Below the pieces are notes generated by a model that saw only the letters and a list, made by a program, of their open reading frames with translations, was not told the origin of the DNA and did no database searches. Of a DNA stretch of 64,000 bases, positions 39,697-49,066 are shown piece by piece. Within the stretch, counting starts at the first letter, position 1, and each line of letters opens with the position of its first letter. The position numbers and the translations under genes are program-made. Origin of the DNA: an uncultured Clostridia bacterium. GTDB lineage: Bacteria > Bacillota > Clostridia > TANB77 > CAG-508. Where the stretch lies: NCBI GenBank assembly GCA_934130285.1, contig CAKOXT010000001.1:435232-499231 (forward strand). Direction: 5' to 3'.

Positions 39697-40503
39697 TTAC
39701 CAATCGCTATCCCAGTCTGTTGAACTTGAATCCCATGACGAGCTTGAGTCCCATGATGAACTAGAATCCCAATCACTGCTTGATGAACTGCTACTAGAAG
39801 AATCAGCTTTGTAGTAGCCTGAATCTGTAAAATCATCTACTCCTGAACTATAATCATAATCTCTTGTTGAGTAATAGTCTCTAAAATTATCTTTTAAATC
39901 TCTTGGCGGTGTATAGTATCCCCAATGATCATCATAGTATCTATACCATGATCCACTCTGATAGTAATAATATGTACCATCATAATTATAATATCCCCTT
40001 GATGGAGTGTTTATTCCTGTTACAATTGCTGATATAAAACCAACAATCATGATAAATGCTATAAATATTATAAATAGATGTGTTAATGTAAATTTAAACT
40101 TTTTATGTGGTCTTTCTCCATTATTAAGATTATGTTGCTTTTGATTTATTATCTCTTCTTTTAGCTTTATATATAGTTCATTTACTGCATATACTTCATC
40201 TTTTCCTTCATATCGTACGCTTCTTGTTCCATCACCTTTGTTCTTATATACAATAATGTTTCCTGTATTTTGATCTTTATATATTCCAAAGGCTTTTGGT
40301 TTGGTATAATTTTTTCCAATAAAAAATCTTGTTATATTTTCATCAGGTAAATTGTGATCTACATACCATTTTTTTAATTCTTCTATTGTTTTTGGAACGC
40401 CATCTCCAACTTTTTTTAAATGACTATTGTCCGCTCCACAATGTGGGCATTTTTCGTCTGTATCTTCTATATCTGCTCTACAATAATCGCATTTTACTTT
40501 CAT
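39697..40503 (-). CDS. Zinc-ribbon domain membrane protein with a Ser-rich SSSSW/DW repeat tail
   Basis: N-terminus MKVKCDYCRADIEDTDEKCPHCGADNS, central TM (LFIIFIAFIMIVGFISAIV) and C-terminal ...SSSSSSSSDWDSSSSWDSSSSWDSSSTDWDSDW. Confidence 0.5.
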   Translation of the reverse strand: MKVKCDYCRADIEDTDEKCPHCGADNSHLKKVGDGVPKTIEELKKWYVDHNLPDENITRFFIGKNYTKPKAFGIYKDQNTGNIIVYKNKGDGTRSVRYEGKDEVYAVNELYIKLKEEIINQKQHNLNNGERPHKKFKFTLTHLFIIFIAFIMIVGFISAIVTGINTPSRGYYNYDGTYYYYQSGSWYRYYDDHWGYYTPPRDLKDNFRDYYSTRDYDYSSGVDDFTDSGYYKADSSSSSSSSSDWDSSSSWDSSSSWDSSSTDWDSDW

Positions 40504-40523
40504 CTTTTGATCCCCTTTTCATT

Positions 40524-43376
40524 TTATATGTTTGGTGTTTGATTTGTTGTATCGTTTGTTACCACTGAATTTTCTGTTGTCACATTTGTTGATGTAGAAT
40601 TCTCTGGTATTGAGTTTGTTGGTGCCGGAGTAGTTAGTGGTTCATCATTATTTTGTTCATTGGTATTATATATTATTTTAACTGTTGAGTTATTTAATTC
40701 AGTTCCATAGTCTTTAAATTTAATTTCAACAGGTTCTTTACTACTGCTTGTTACGTCTATTTTGTTACAATTTTTCATTAGTATTCCATTAGTTACTCTA
40801 TAAGAAGTATTAGCAAAATATTTTCTTAACATATTTCTTAATTCTTTATATTGTGATATATCAACTTCATTTTCTTGAACATTGCTTGTATTTACAGTTA
40901 TTGTTGCATTACTAAAGTTTACATTTGGATTCTCTGTTTTTAGTTTTGCAAATTGCTCATAACTAACACCTTCTGCTACTATTGATAGAAACTCTCTTTT
41001 TAATGATGTTACAGAACTTATAAGCTCTGTAAGATTTGTGTTTTTTGAAATATTTATTATATTTAAAGCTGGTAATTTAGAAAAATCAAAGTTCTTATCA
41101 AGGTTACAGTCTGTTAAATTTAATACTCCTAAAGTTTCACTAGTTAATGTTCCTGTCAAATTTTTATTTCCAGCTAGTGATAAAGATGTAAGGTTTTTTA
41201 TTTTTGAAAGTTCATTTAAGTCTGTAAAATCGTTATTTTCTAGACTTAAATTATATAAATTTTCTAATCCTGCAATCTCAGAAACATCTTTTATATCGCA
41301 ATTATTTAACATAATTGTATCTGTGGTTGTTAACACTTGTAAGCCTGTCACATTTTTATTTCCAGATAAATCTATCCAATATATTTCTTTATCTTTAAGG
41401 CTTGATACATCTTTTATATTATTGTTAGCAAGTTCTAAAGAAATTGTTGTATTTATTTCTCCAAATATGCTAACATCTTCAATTCCACAATTTTCCGCCT
41501 TTATTGTAAATGTCATATACATTTCATCTGAATTTTCAAACTGTACTTGGCTTAAACTGCTCCAATCTGTTATTGGATTTCCAGATACATCTAATTCATA
41601 TATATTTTTAAAATTTTCTACTCCATTAAGAGTTGTTATATTATTATTTGCTATAATTAATGCACTTATATTTTGTAATATTCCTTCAGACTGTGGTACT
41701 TGTGTTAAATTACAATTGGTTAAATTTAAAATATTGAGGCTTTCTGGCAATTTGTCTAGCCCTGTTATTCCAGGTGTATCTTCAACTATTAAACTCATTA
41801 AATTTTGGCAATTTTGCAAACTACTTACATCTTTTATTTTGCAATTACTTATATCTAGCATTCCTAAATTTGATAATTCTCCCATACCAGTTACATACGG
41901 ATTGTTAGATATGTTTAAATTTAGAGTCATATAGTCTTGCTGTTTTTCCATATTTTTTAATACACTTACATCTTTTATTTGATTATTTGATGCATATATA
42001 TTTGATAATGTTTTTATTTTTGTAAGTGGTGTTAAATCTTTTATATTGTTATTTGAAATATCAATTGAATATATATTATTAAAAATTTCTATTCCATTTA
42101 ATGAATACATATTTCTATTAGATAAATCTATAGTCATTATATTTGAAATAACATTTTTAGTTATATAGTCTTCTCCATTGTATTTTATAAATAAATGACT
42201 ATAATTTTCTTTTAGATAATTCTTTATTGCAGTGTTTTGAATTGAATTTATTTTATATGCACTTTCTATTGATGTTGATACAATTCCACTAAGATTTAAC
42301 TCTACATATTTGTCATCATATGAAATATAGTAATATCCATTATTATTAGAAAATTCTCCCCATGAATTTAAAGCTATATATGCTCCGTCATGTTCTGGAG
42401 TGTGACCATTGTCTGAAAAATTTTCTTTTGAATAATTGTCATCCCATCCAACAATCGTTACTGCGTGGTTTGTCCATAGTTCGTCATTATCTGGGCTTAC
42501 ATATGCATTTTCTAATCCAGTTCCAACTATTGATGTATATAATCCGCCATTTTTCATGATATGTTTTTTTACTGCATCCCTATATTCTTTAAGTTGTTCT
42601 TCAGTGTATTTTTCTTCTATATTTTTGTATATTGAAGGAAAGTCAACTGTTTCCGTTACTTCTATCACTTTTTCCATGTCTGGAAATTTTTCATATTCTT
42701 CTTCTGAATATTCTTTAAAATCATATGGTACCTTTTCTTCTAATACCACTCCTGACTCTGCTAAATATTCTTTAAACATTCCAAAATTTCCGCCCTCATG
42801 TAGTTCTCTTGATCCATACATTAAATTTGATGTTATATAGTCTACATGTAATTCAGAAAAATCATAATTTCCTAAGTTATTTAGTGCAAGATATGTTTCA
42901 AGGCTCTTAATTGATGCGAAATCCCAACACAATCCATATCCACCTTGATTTTCCACTTTTATATCTATTTTGTCTGCTAAATTAAATTGTGTAGGTATTT
43001 CATTATTTGTTTTGTCTCCTTTATCAAGATTCTCTTTTATATCTTCAATTTTTTCAAAAGGCACTTCTTCTTTTCTTGGAATTACTTCTAGGTCTTTCTT
43101 TTCTTCTTCTGGTAGTTCTAAGTATTCTTTATACATTTCAGAATAATTTTTCTCTTCATCTTTTTGACTTTCTGAACTTATACCAGCAATTTCTTTTTCA
43201 ACATCTGTTAATGTATCTATGCTTTTTTCTTTATCTTGGTTTGTAATATCTGATTGAGCAATTTTTGACTGTTCTTTTTCTTTTGACTTGTTTACAACAT
43301 ATATTCCTGCTACTATACCAAGCATTATAGCTATAACAGCTATCACAGCAATGATACTGCGTCTTTTATTTTTCAT
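40524..43376 (-). CDS. Large membrane-anchored surface protein: papain-like (C1) cysteine peptidase domain fused to internalin-like leucine-rich repeats
   Basis: N-terminal TM. C1 catalytic triad contexts QGGYGLCWDFAS (Cys), NHAVTIVGWDDN (His) and NSWGEF (Asn). More than 15 LRR units follow (LxxLxxLxLxxNxIxDxxxL, e.g. LSNIYASNNQIKDVSVL). The C-terminus has a Thr/Asn-rich tail and no LPXTG. Confidence 0.7.
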   Translation of the reverse strand: MKNKRRSIIAVIAVIAIMLGIVAGIYVVNKSKEKEQSKIAQSDITNQDKEKSIDTLTDVEKEIAGISSESQKDEEKNYSEMYKEYLELPEEEKKDLEVIPRKEEVPFEKIEDIKENLDKGDKTNNEIPTQFNLADKIDIKVENQGGYGLCWDFASIKSLETYLALNNLGNYDFSELHVDYITSNLMYGSRELHEGGNFGMFKEYLAESGVVLEEKVPYDFKEYSEEEYEKFPDMEKVIEVTETVDFPSIYKNIEEKYTEEQLKEYRDAVKKHIMKNGGLYTSIVGTGLENAYVSPDNDELWTNHAVTIVGWDDNYSKENFSDNGHTPEHDGAYIALNSWGEFSNNNGYYYISYDDKYVELNLSGIVSTSIESAYKINSIQNTAIKNYLKENYSHLFIKYNGEDYITKNVISNIMTIDLSNRNMYSLNGIEIFNNIYSIDISNNNIKDLTPLTKIKTLSNIYASNNQIKDVSVLKNMEKQQDYMTLNLNISNNPYVTGMGELSNLGMLDISNCKIKDVSSLQNCQNLMSLIVEDTPGITGLDKLPESLNILNLTNCNLTQVPQSEGILQNISALIIANNNITTLNGVENFKNIYELDVSGNPITDWSSLSQVQFENSDEMYMTFTIKAENCGIEDVSIFGEINTTISLELANNNIKDVSSLKDKEIYWIDLSGNKNVTGLQVLTTTDTIMLNNCDIKDVSEIAGLENLYNLSLENNDFTDLNELSKIKNLTSLSLAGNKNLTGTLTSETLGVLNLTDCNLDKNFDFSKLPALNIINISKNTNLTELISSVTSLKREFLSIVAEGVSYEQFAKLKTENPNVNFSNATITVNTSNVQENEVDISQYKELRNMLRKYFANTSYRVTNGILMKNCNKIDVTSSSKEPVEIKFKDYGTELNNSTVKIIYNTNEQNNDEPLTTPAPTNSIPENSTSTNVTTENSVVTNDTTNQTPNI

Positions 43377-43477
43377 ATTCTCCCCCTACCAATTAATATT
43401 ACATTTTTATTATACACTAAATGTTGTTCATAGCAAATACATTTTTTGATGTTTATTTTAGATATTTTTGATAATAA

Positions 43478-43512
43478 AAAAACGACTATTTTTATATAGT
43501 CGTTTTTGGTTT
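43478..43512 (-). terminator. Bidirectional rho-independent terminator downstream of lysS
   Basis: aacgactat-tttta-tatagtcgtt flanked by A- and T-runs. Confidence 0.5.
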
Positions 43513-43526
43513 ATACATTTTATATA

Positions 43527-45056
43527 TTAAGCTAATGGTTTCATTGTTGGGAAGAATAATACATCTCTGATTGATGCAGAATTTGTTAATAACATTATTA
43601 ATCTATCTAATCCTATTCCCATTCCACCTGTTGGAGGTAATCCTATTTCAAGAGCTGTAACAAAGTCTTCATCCATTCCTCCAGCTTCTTCATCACCTTT
43701 TTCTTTTGCTTCAACTTGTTTCATAAATCTCTCATATTGATCGATTGGATCATTTAATTCTGAATATGCATTTCCATATTCTCTTCCACCTATAAATAAT
43801 TCAAATCTTTCAACAAGTCTTGGATCTTCTTTCTTTCTCTTTGTAAGTGGAGAAACTTCTACTGGATAATCTATGATAAATGTTGGTTGAATTAATGTTT
43901 CTTCAACAAATGTTTCAAAGAATTCATTTATTATATGTCCTCTTGTGTTTTTGATTTCTTCATATTCAACACCTTTTTCTTTTGCTATAGCTTGTGCTTC
44001 TTCATCTGTGTTGATTGTATTAAAATCAACTCCTGTTGCTTCTTTAATAGCGTCTATCATAGTTATTTTCTTCCATCCTGGTGCTAGATTTATTTCATTT
44101 CCATCATATTCAATTGTTGTTTTTCCTAGTACATTTTGTGCTACTGTTGATATCAATTGTTCTGCTGTATGCATCATATCATTATAATCTAAGTATGCAG
44201 CATAAAATTCCATGTTTGTAAACTCTGGATTGTGTTTTATATCCATTCCTTCATTTCTGAAGTTTTTTCCAATTTCAAATACTCTATCGAATCCACCAAC
44301 AATTAATCTTTTTAAGTTTAACTCTGGTGCAATTCTTAAGTACATTTGTAGATCTAATGTGTTGTGGTGTGTTATGAATGGTCTTGCAGCATCTCCTGTT
44401 GCTACTGTTGTAAGCATTGGAGTTTCAACTTCCATATATCCATATCCATCCATAAAATTTCTTATTTCTTTTAATATTTTACTTCTTAAAATAAAAGTAT
44501 CTTTTACTTCTGGATTTACTATTAAATCAACATATCTTTGTCTATAACGCAAGTCTGTATCTTTTAATCCATGGAATTTTTCTGGAAGTGGTCTTAATGA
44601 TTTTGATAATAAAACTACTTCTTTTGCATGTACTGAAATTTCTTCAGTTCTTGTTTTAAATACAAATCCAGATATTCCAATGATATCTCCTATATCATAT
44701 GTTTTAAATTCTTTATAGCTTTCTTCTCCTAGGTCATTTATGCTAACATAACTTTGGATTTTTTCATCGCAATCTTGTATTGTACAGAATGATGCTTTTC
44801 CCATTATTCTTTTTGCAATTATTCTTCCAGCTACTTTTACATCTTTTTGTTCAAATTCTTCATATTTTGCTTTTATTTCCCCTGCTGTATTTGTTCTATC
44901 GTATTTTGTAATTTCAAAAGGATTTTTTCCTGCATCTTGAAGTTCTTTCAATTTGTCTCTTCTTATTTGCATTAGATGGTTTACATCTAGTTCTTCATTT
45001 TGTTCTACTTCATTATTCTTGTTTTCACTCATAGTATAAACTCCCTTTCTTCTCAT
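43527..45056 (-). CDS. lysS: Lysine--tRNA ligase (class II)
   Basis: 509 aa with an OB-fold N-domain and class II motifs (FRNEGMD, GGMGIGLDRL). Confidence 0.9.
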   Translation of the reverse strand: MRRKGVYTMSENKNNEVEQNEELDVNHLMQIRRDKLKELQDAGKNPFEITKYDRTNTAGEIKAKYEEFEQKDVKVAGRIIAKRIMGKASFCTIQDCDEKIQSYVSINDLGEESYKEFKTYDIGDIIGISGFVFKTRTEEISVHAKEVVLLSKSLRPLPEKFHGLKDTDLRYRQRYVDLIVNPEVKDTFILRSKILKEIRNFMDGYGYMEVETPMLTTVATGDAARPFITHHNTLDLQMYLRIAPELNLKRLIVGGFDRVFEIGKNFRNEGMDIKHNPEFTNMEFYAAYLDYNDMMHTAEQLISTVAQNVLGKTTIEYDGNEINLAPGWKKITMIDAIKEATGVDFNTINTDEEAQAIAKEKGVEYEEIKNTRGHIINEFFETFVEETLIQPTFIIDYPVEVSPLTKRKKEDPRLVERFELFIGGREYGNAYSELNDPIDQYERFMKQVEAKEKGDEEAGGMDEDFVTALEIGLPPTGGMGIGLDRLIMLLTNSASIRDVLFFPTMKPLA

Positions 45057-45146
45057 AACACATTAATGTTATTTTTTAATGTTTGTATTATATATTATTT
45101 TCTGATTATTGTAAACCTTTATTTGAAGGCTTTTGCAGTTTGCTCT

Positions 45147-46379
45147 CTATTTTTTTCTTCTTATAATCCAATTTTCTTTTACTTCTATTGGTAAAATAAT
45201 TTTAACTTTTTGATTTGCTCTTCCTGGATTTACTGTATCTATTTCCTCATCTGTTTCAATATCCCATAGTTTTTCGATTTTAAACTTTTCTGTTTCTAGT
45301 TTGCCTGGAATTAGAATTTCCATTTCATCTCCAACAGTTAGTTTGTTTTTGATTTCTAGTATTGTTTTTTTGTTTTCTTTTCCTACAACTTTTGCTCCGA
45401 ATTCATATTCTAGATTATATTGTTTTCCTTCATATTCTTGAAAATCTTTATTGTTTCTGTCATTGAAATAAAATGTTGTTAAGCCTCTTGTTTTTGTTTT
45501 TTCTAGTTCTTTTAGATATTTTGTATAATCATAATTTTCAGGATCTTTCATGTAATCATCTATTGCGTTTCTGTATGCACTTACAACTGATGCTAAATAA
45601 TATTCTGTTTTAAGTCTTCCTTCTATTTTTATACTATCTACTCCCATTTCTATGATTTCTGGTATCTCTTTTATTAAGCATAGATCTTTTGATGAAAATA
45701 TATATGTTCCGTTTTCGTCATCTTCAACTGGCATAAGGTTTCCTGGTTTATTCTTTTCTTCTACATATACGTTGTATGCCCATCTACAGCTTTGTGCGCA
45801 ATCTCCAAGGTTTGCACTTCTTCCACATAAGAAATCACTTAAGAAACATCTTCCTGAATATCCAAAACATATGGCTCCATGGCAGAACATTTCGACTTCT
45901 AGATCTTCTGGTTTATTTTGAATTAATTCTTTTATTTGGTCTTTGCTCATTTCTCTTCCAAGAATTACTCTTTTGGCGCCATTATGATACCAAAAATTTG
46001 ATGTATGGTAACTTATTACATTGGCCTGTGTGCTTATATGAATGTCTACGTTTGGTGCATATTCTTTTAGAACTTCTATTACTCCTCCGTCTGAAGCTAT
46101 TATTCCATCTGGTTTTATTTCATTAAGTTCTTTTGCAACTTTTATTATCTCATCATATTTTTCATCCCATGCAAATATATTTAAAGCAACATATACTTTT
46201 TTATTAATTTTATGTGCATATTCTATTGTTTGTTTTAGCTCATCATCATTTACACTTACTCTTGTTCTAAGTGATAAACTTTTAGTTCCCATGTACACAG
46301 CATCTGCTCCATATAAAAATGCAATTTTAGCTTTTTCAAAGCTTCCTGCTGGGGCTAATAATTCTATATTTTTCATCAT
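45147..46379 (-). CDS. Peptidase U32 family protein (TrhP/RlhA-like prephenate-dependent tRNA/rRNA hydroxylation factor)
   Basis: IELLAPAGSFEKAKIAFLYGADAVYMG is the U32 N-terminal signature. Size 410 aa. A trmR-like methyltransferase gene lies about 2.7 kb away at 49128..49748. Confidence 0.8.
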   Translation of the reverse strand: MMKNIELLAPAGSFEKAKIAFLYGADAVYMGTKSLSLRTRVSVNDDELKQTIEYAHKINKKVYVALNIFAWDEKYDEIIKVAKELNEIKPDGIIASDGGVIEVLKEYAPNVDIHISTQANVISYHTSNFWYHNGAKRVILGREMSKDQIKELIQNKPEDLEVEMFCHGAICFGYSGRCFLSDFLCGRSANLGDCAQSCRWAYNVYVEEKNKPGNLMPVEDDENGTYIFSSKDLCLIKEIPEIIEMGVDSIKIEGRLKTEYYLASVVSAYRNAIDDYMKDPENYDYTKYLKELEKTKTRGLTTFYFNDRNNKDFQEYEGKQYNLEYEFGAKVVGKENKKTILEIKNKLTVGDEMEILIPGKLETEKFKIEKLWDIETDEEIDTVNPGRANQKVKIILPIEVKENWIIRRKK

Positions 46380-46506
46380 ACATTTGTCCTTTCTATGCTA
46401 ATTCAACATAAATAATATACCATATATCATACTTAAAATCCAGTTATTTCTAGACTTTTTTTATTTTCCATGATATAATTTTTACGTTTGCGAGGTGATT
46501 TTATAG

Positions 46507-47250
46507 ATGACAAAAGATAATGACTTTCTGAAAAGTCTTATTGTTGACAAAGAAACAATTCAAAGAACAAATGCTTTATCTAGGTTTGCTGGGAAAAGAG
46601 CCTATTACATTTCACATTATAAAAACGCTTACCTTAAGCATTTGAAAGATGAATATAATAAACTTCATAAAATGTTTCCGAATGTAGAAATAGTTCCTGA
46701 AGCCAGAATAAAAGGGCAAAAAAGTTATGCTGATAAAGTTAAAAGAGTAGTAAATGAAGATCCAAATAAAGACATTTATGATATCTTTGCTAATAGATAT
46801 ATCGTTCTATCTGTGAATGGATCAAATTCTGATAAAGATATAGTTCCTATTTTATATCAAATTAGAGATTATTTGGCATATTCTAATCCTAATAATGAAA
46901 TTATGCCTGAACGTATTAAAGATTATATTGTAAATCCTAAACATTCTACATATCAGTCTTTGCACTTAACACGTTTACATCATGATACTCCATATGAACC
47001 ATATCAGTCTGAAACACAGCTTAGAAGTTATTTTATGCATTCTAACGCTCATAGTGGTCGTGCAAGTCATGCTAATACTTATAAGGAAAGAATTCCTGGG
47101 AAGACACCACTTCCTAATTTGCTTGAGTATGTTTTTGATGAAAATGGGGCATGTGTTGAAGTAAAAGAAAAAAGTTATGAAAAAGCTTTTGAGGACTTTT
47201 TCGGTATACCTTATGATCCTCGACTTTTTTCTTCTTTTAAAGAAAAATAA
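46507..47250 (+). CDS. Divergent RelA/SpoT-synthetase-domain (small alarmone synthetase-like nucleotidyltransferase) protein
   Basis: Synthetase-domain motifs are present in the right order: ARIKGQKSYADKVKR (cf. GRVKxxxSxxxK), DIFANRY (cf. DIAGLRI), YQSLHL (cf. YRSxHL) and ETQLRSYFMHSNAHSGRASHANTYK (cf. EIQIRTLAMNFWATIEHSLNYK). It is clearly diverged from canonical RelQ/RelP. RBS gaggtga and an extended -10 tgatataat lie upstream. Confidence 0.6.
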   Translation: MTKDNDFLKSLIVDKETIQRTNALSRFAGKRAYYISHYKNAYLKHLKDEYNKLHKMFPNVEIVPEARIKGQKSYADKVKRVVNEDPNKDIYDIFANRYIVLSVNGSNSDKDIVPILYQIRDYLAYSNPNNEIMPERIKDYIVNPKHSTYQSLHLTRLHHDTPYEPYQSETQLRSYFMHSNAHSGRASHANTYKERIPGKTPLPNLLEYVFDENGACVEVKEKSYEKAFEDFFGIPYDPRLFSSFKEK

Positions 47251-47323
47251 TATATTTCATATTGATTTCAATATAAAAATATTATAAGATATTCGTAAAT
47301 CTAATAAGAATGGAGTAATTTAT

Positions 47324-48247
47324 ATGGAAAAAATATTAGTTTTTGGACATAAAAGTCCTGATACAGATACTATAGCATCTTCAATTGCTATGGCTTATTT
47401 ACAAACAAAATTGGGGAAATTAGCTGAACCTAGAAGACTTGGTAATATCTCAAAAGAAACTGAATATGCTTTAAATCATTTTAAAGTTGGAGTTCCTGAA
47501 CTTCTAGATTCTGTTTCTGAAAATGATACAGTCATTTTAGTTGATCATAATGAACCAGATCAATCAGCTGATAATATGCTAAATTCAAAAGTTTATATGG
47601 TTGTTGACCATCATCAAATAAATGGATTCCGTACACCTGGTCCTTTATATTATTATGCTGAACCTGTTGGTTGTACTTGTACAATTATTTATAAATTATT
47701 TAATCAAAACGATGTTATTATTCCTGCTGATGTTGCTGGTTTAATGTTAAGTGCTATCATTTCTGATACTTTACTTTTCAAATCACCAACTTGCACAGAA
47801 ACAGATAAAAAGGTTGCTGAAGATTTAGCTAAAATAGCTAATGTTGATATTAACTCTTATGGATTAGCTATGCTTAAAGCTGGTACTGATTTAACTTCTT
47901 TCTCTGAAGAAGAACTTGTTAACTTAGATGGAAAAATAGTTAACTTAACTGATACAGTTAAAGCAAAGATTTCTCAAGTTAATACAGCTGATATTGATGA
48001 AGTATTACTTAGACAAGCAAAATTAGAAGCTGCTATGAATAAAGATATTGAGAATTTAGGATTAGCTATTGATGTTTTACTAATTACTGATATTATAAAT
48101 AGTAACTCTCAAGTTGTTGTTTTAGGTGAAAAAGCAGATGTTGTCGAAAAAGCTTTTGGTGTTAAATTAGAAAATAATACAGCTTTCTTGCCAGGTGTTG
48201 TTTCTAGAAAGAAACAAGTTATACCTGTACTTACAGCTAATGTTTAA
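47324..48247 (+). CDS. ppaC: Manganese-dependent inorganic pyrophosphatase (DHH family II)
   Basis: MEKILVFGHKSPDTDTIASSIA, DHH motif VDHHQ and a DHHA2 C-terminal domain. Size 307 aa. Confidence 0.85.
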   Translation: MEKILVFGHKSPDTDTIASSIAMAYLQTKLGKLAEPRRLGNISKETEYALNHFKVGVPELLDSVSENDTVILVDHNEPDQSADNMLNSKVYMVVDHHQINGFRTPGPLYYYAEPVGCTCTIIYKLFNQNDVIIPADVAGLMLSAIISDTLLFKSPTCTETDKKVAEDLAKIANVDINSYGLAMLKAGTDLTSFSEEELVNLDGKIVNLTDTVKAKISQVNTADIDEVLLRQAKLEAAMNKDIENLGLAIDVLLITDIINSNSQVVVLGEKADVVEKAFGVKLENNTAFLPGVVSRKKQVIPVLTANV

Positions 48248-48277
48248 TATAGAATCTGAAAATTGTATGTAATATAA

Positions 48278-48312
48278 AAGATGGGCATTTATAAAAAGCT
48301 CATCTTTTTTCT
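48278..48312 (+). terminator. Rho-independent terminator after ppaC
   Basis: aagatgggc-atttataaaaa-gctcatctt followed by tttttt. Confidence 0.5.
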
Positions 48313-48348
48313 ATGTAATCAGATTTTATTCCTATTTTTTACTATTGA

Positions 48349-48514
48349 AGTTTTATTAGAAAAATAAATTTATTTTACCTTGTTTCGTGGTTTAGAAGCT
48401 CTAACGAAAATCAATCAGCGTCCTCATTGCTGTGAGATTCCCTAATTGATTTTCTTAAGAGCTTCTACTACCACTCTCACTGCGCAACCATAAATTTATT
48501 TTTCTAATAAAACT
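48349..48514. repeat. 166-bp nested palindromic element (23-bp perfect outer inverted repeat around a ~27-bp inner stem with a 30-nt loop); MITE-like, structured RNA or recombination site
   Basis: Outer IR: ttttattagaaaaataaatttat ... ataaatttatttttctaataaaa. Inner IR: gtggtttagaagctctaacgaaaatcaat ... attgattttcttaagagcttctactaccac. It lies at the boundary of GC-rich cassette 3. Confidence 0.55.
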
Positions 48515-48540
48515 TCATAATAATAAGATCGTGATGATAA

Positions 48541-48575
48541 TAAAAAGATTGGAGGGGTAGCCCCCTCCTTTTTTT
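48541..48575 (-). terminator. GC-rich bidirectional terminator downstream of the 160-aa GC-rich ORF
   Basis: ggaggggtagccccctcc flanked by A/T runs. Confidence 0.5.
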
Positions 48576-48583
48576 GTGTTTCG

Positions 48584-49066
48584 TTAATCATACGTATAAA
48601 GAATGTCGATGTACTCTTCAAAATTTCCCTGAACTTTTTCACCTTCCCTATTTGTGTATTGTCCATAAGATTCCTCGAGTGTTGGCAACCGCTGAAGTTC
48701 TGTACGCACTCCGTTTTCGCCAACATACACCCATCTTTTTCTGAACTTCACAAAGCTCATTGTACCATAATAATAAGCTTCGTCATTCTGACCCCAAAGT
48801 ACTCGTTGAAGCAAAACATTTTTTGTTGTTTCAACATATTCTCGTGGTAGTGGCTTAAGTGAGGGGACTTCCGTAGTGACATACCACAGGTTATACCGAT
48901 GCATATAGTCACTTACTTCATCTCTAAATCTCCAATACCGGTCAGTTACCACGTCGGTTTTGTATACTACATTAATCTTCTGTAAAGAATCAATATGTTT
49001 CAAAACCTCCTCTGGAATGACTAAATGTGGGTGAAGCTTCCGTGCTAATTTTTGAATAAGTTTCAT
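48584..49066 (-). CDS. Hypothetical 160-aa protein in a G+C-elevated cassette (start MKLIQKLARK)
   Basis: GGAGG lies 9 nt upstream of the ATG at 49066. The ORF-track start at 49108 is an upstream extension. Composition is clearly GC-richer than the flanks. No family recognised. The overlapping 76-aa ORF 48496..48726 is judged spurious. Confidence 0.5.
   Translation of the reverse strand: MKLIQKLARKLHPHLVIPEEVLKHIDSLQKINVVYKTDVVTDRYWRFRDEVSDYMHRYNLWYVTTEVPSLKPLPREYVETTKNVLLQRVLWGQNDEAYYYGTMSFVKFRKRWVYVGENGVRTELQRLPTLEESYGQYTNREGEKVQGNFEEYIDILYTYD

Noticed and set aside
48496-48726. 76-aa ORF overlapping the nested palindrome and the terminator hairpin
   Set aside because: The reading frame is generated by the palindromic repeat and GC hairpin. 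It overlaps the better-supported 160-aa ORF and has no RBS.
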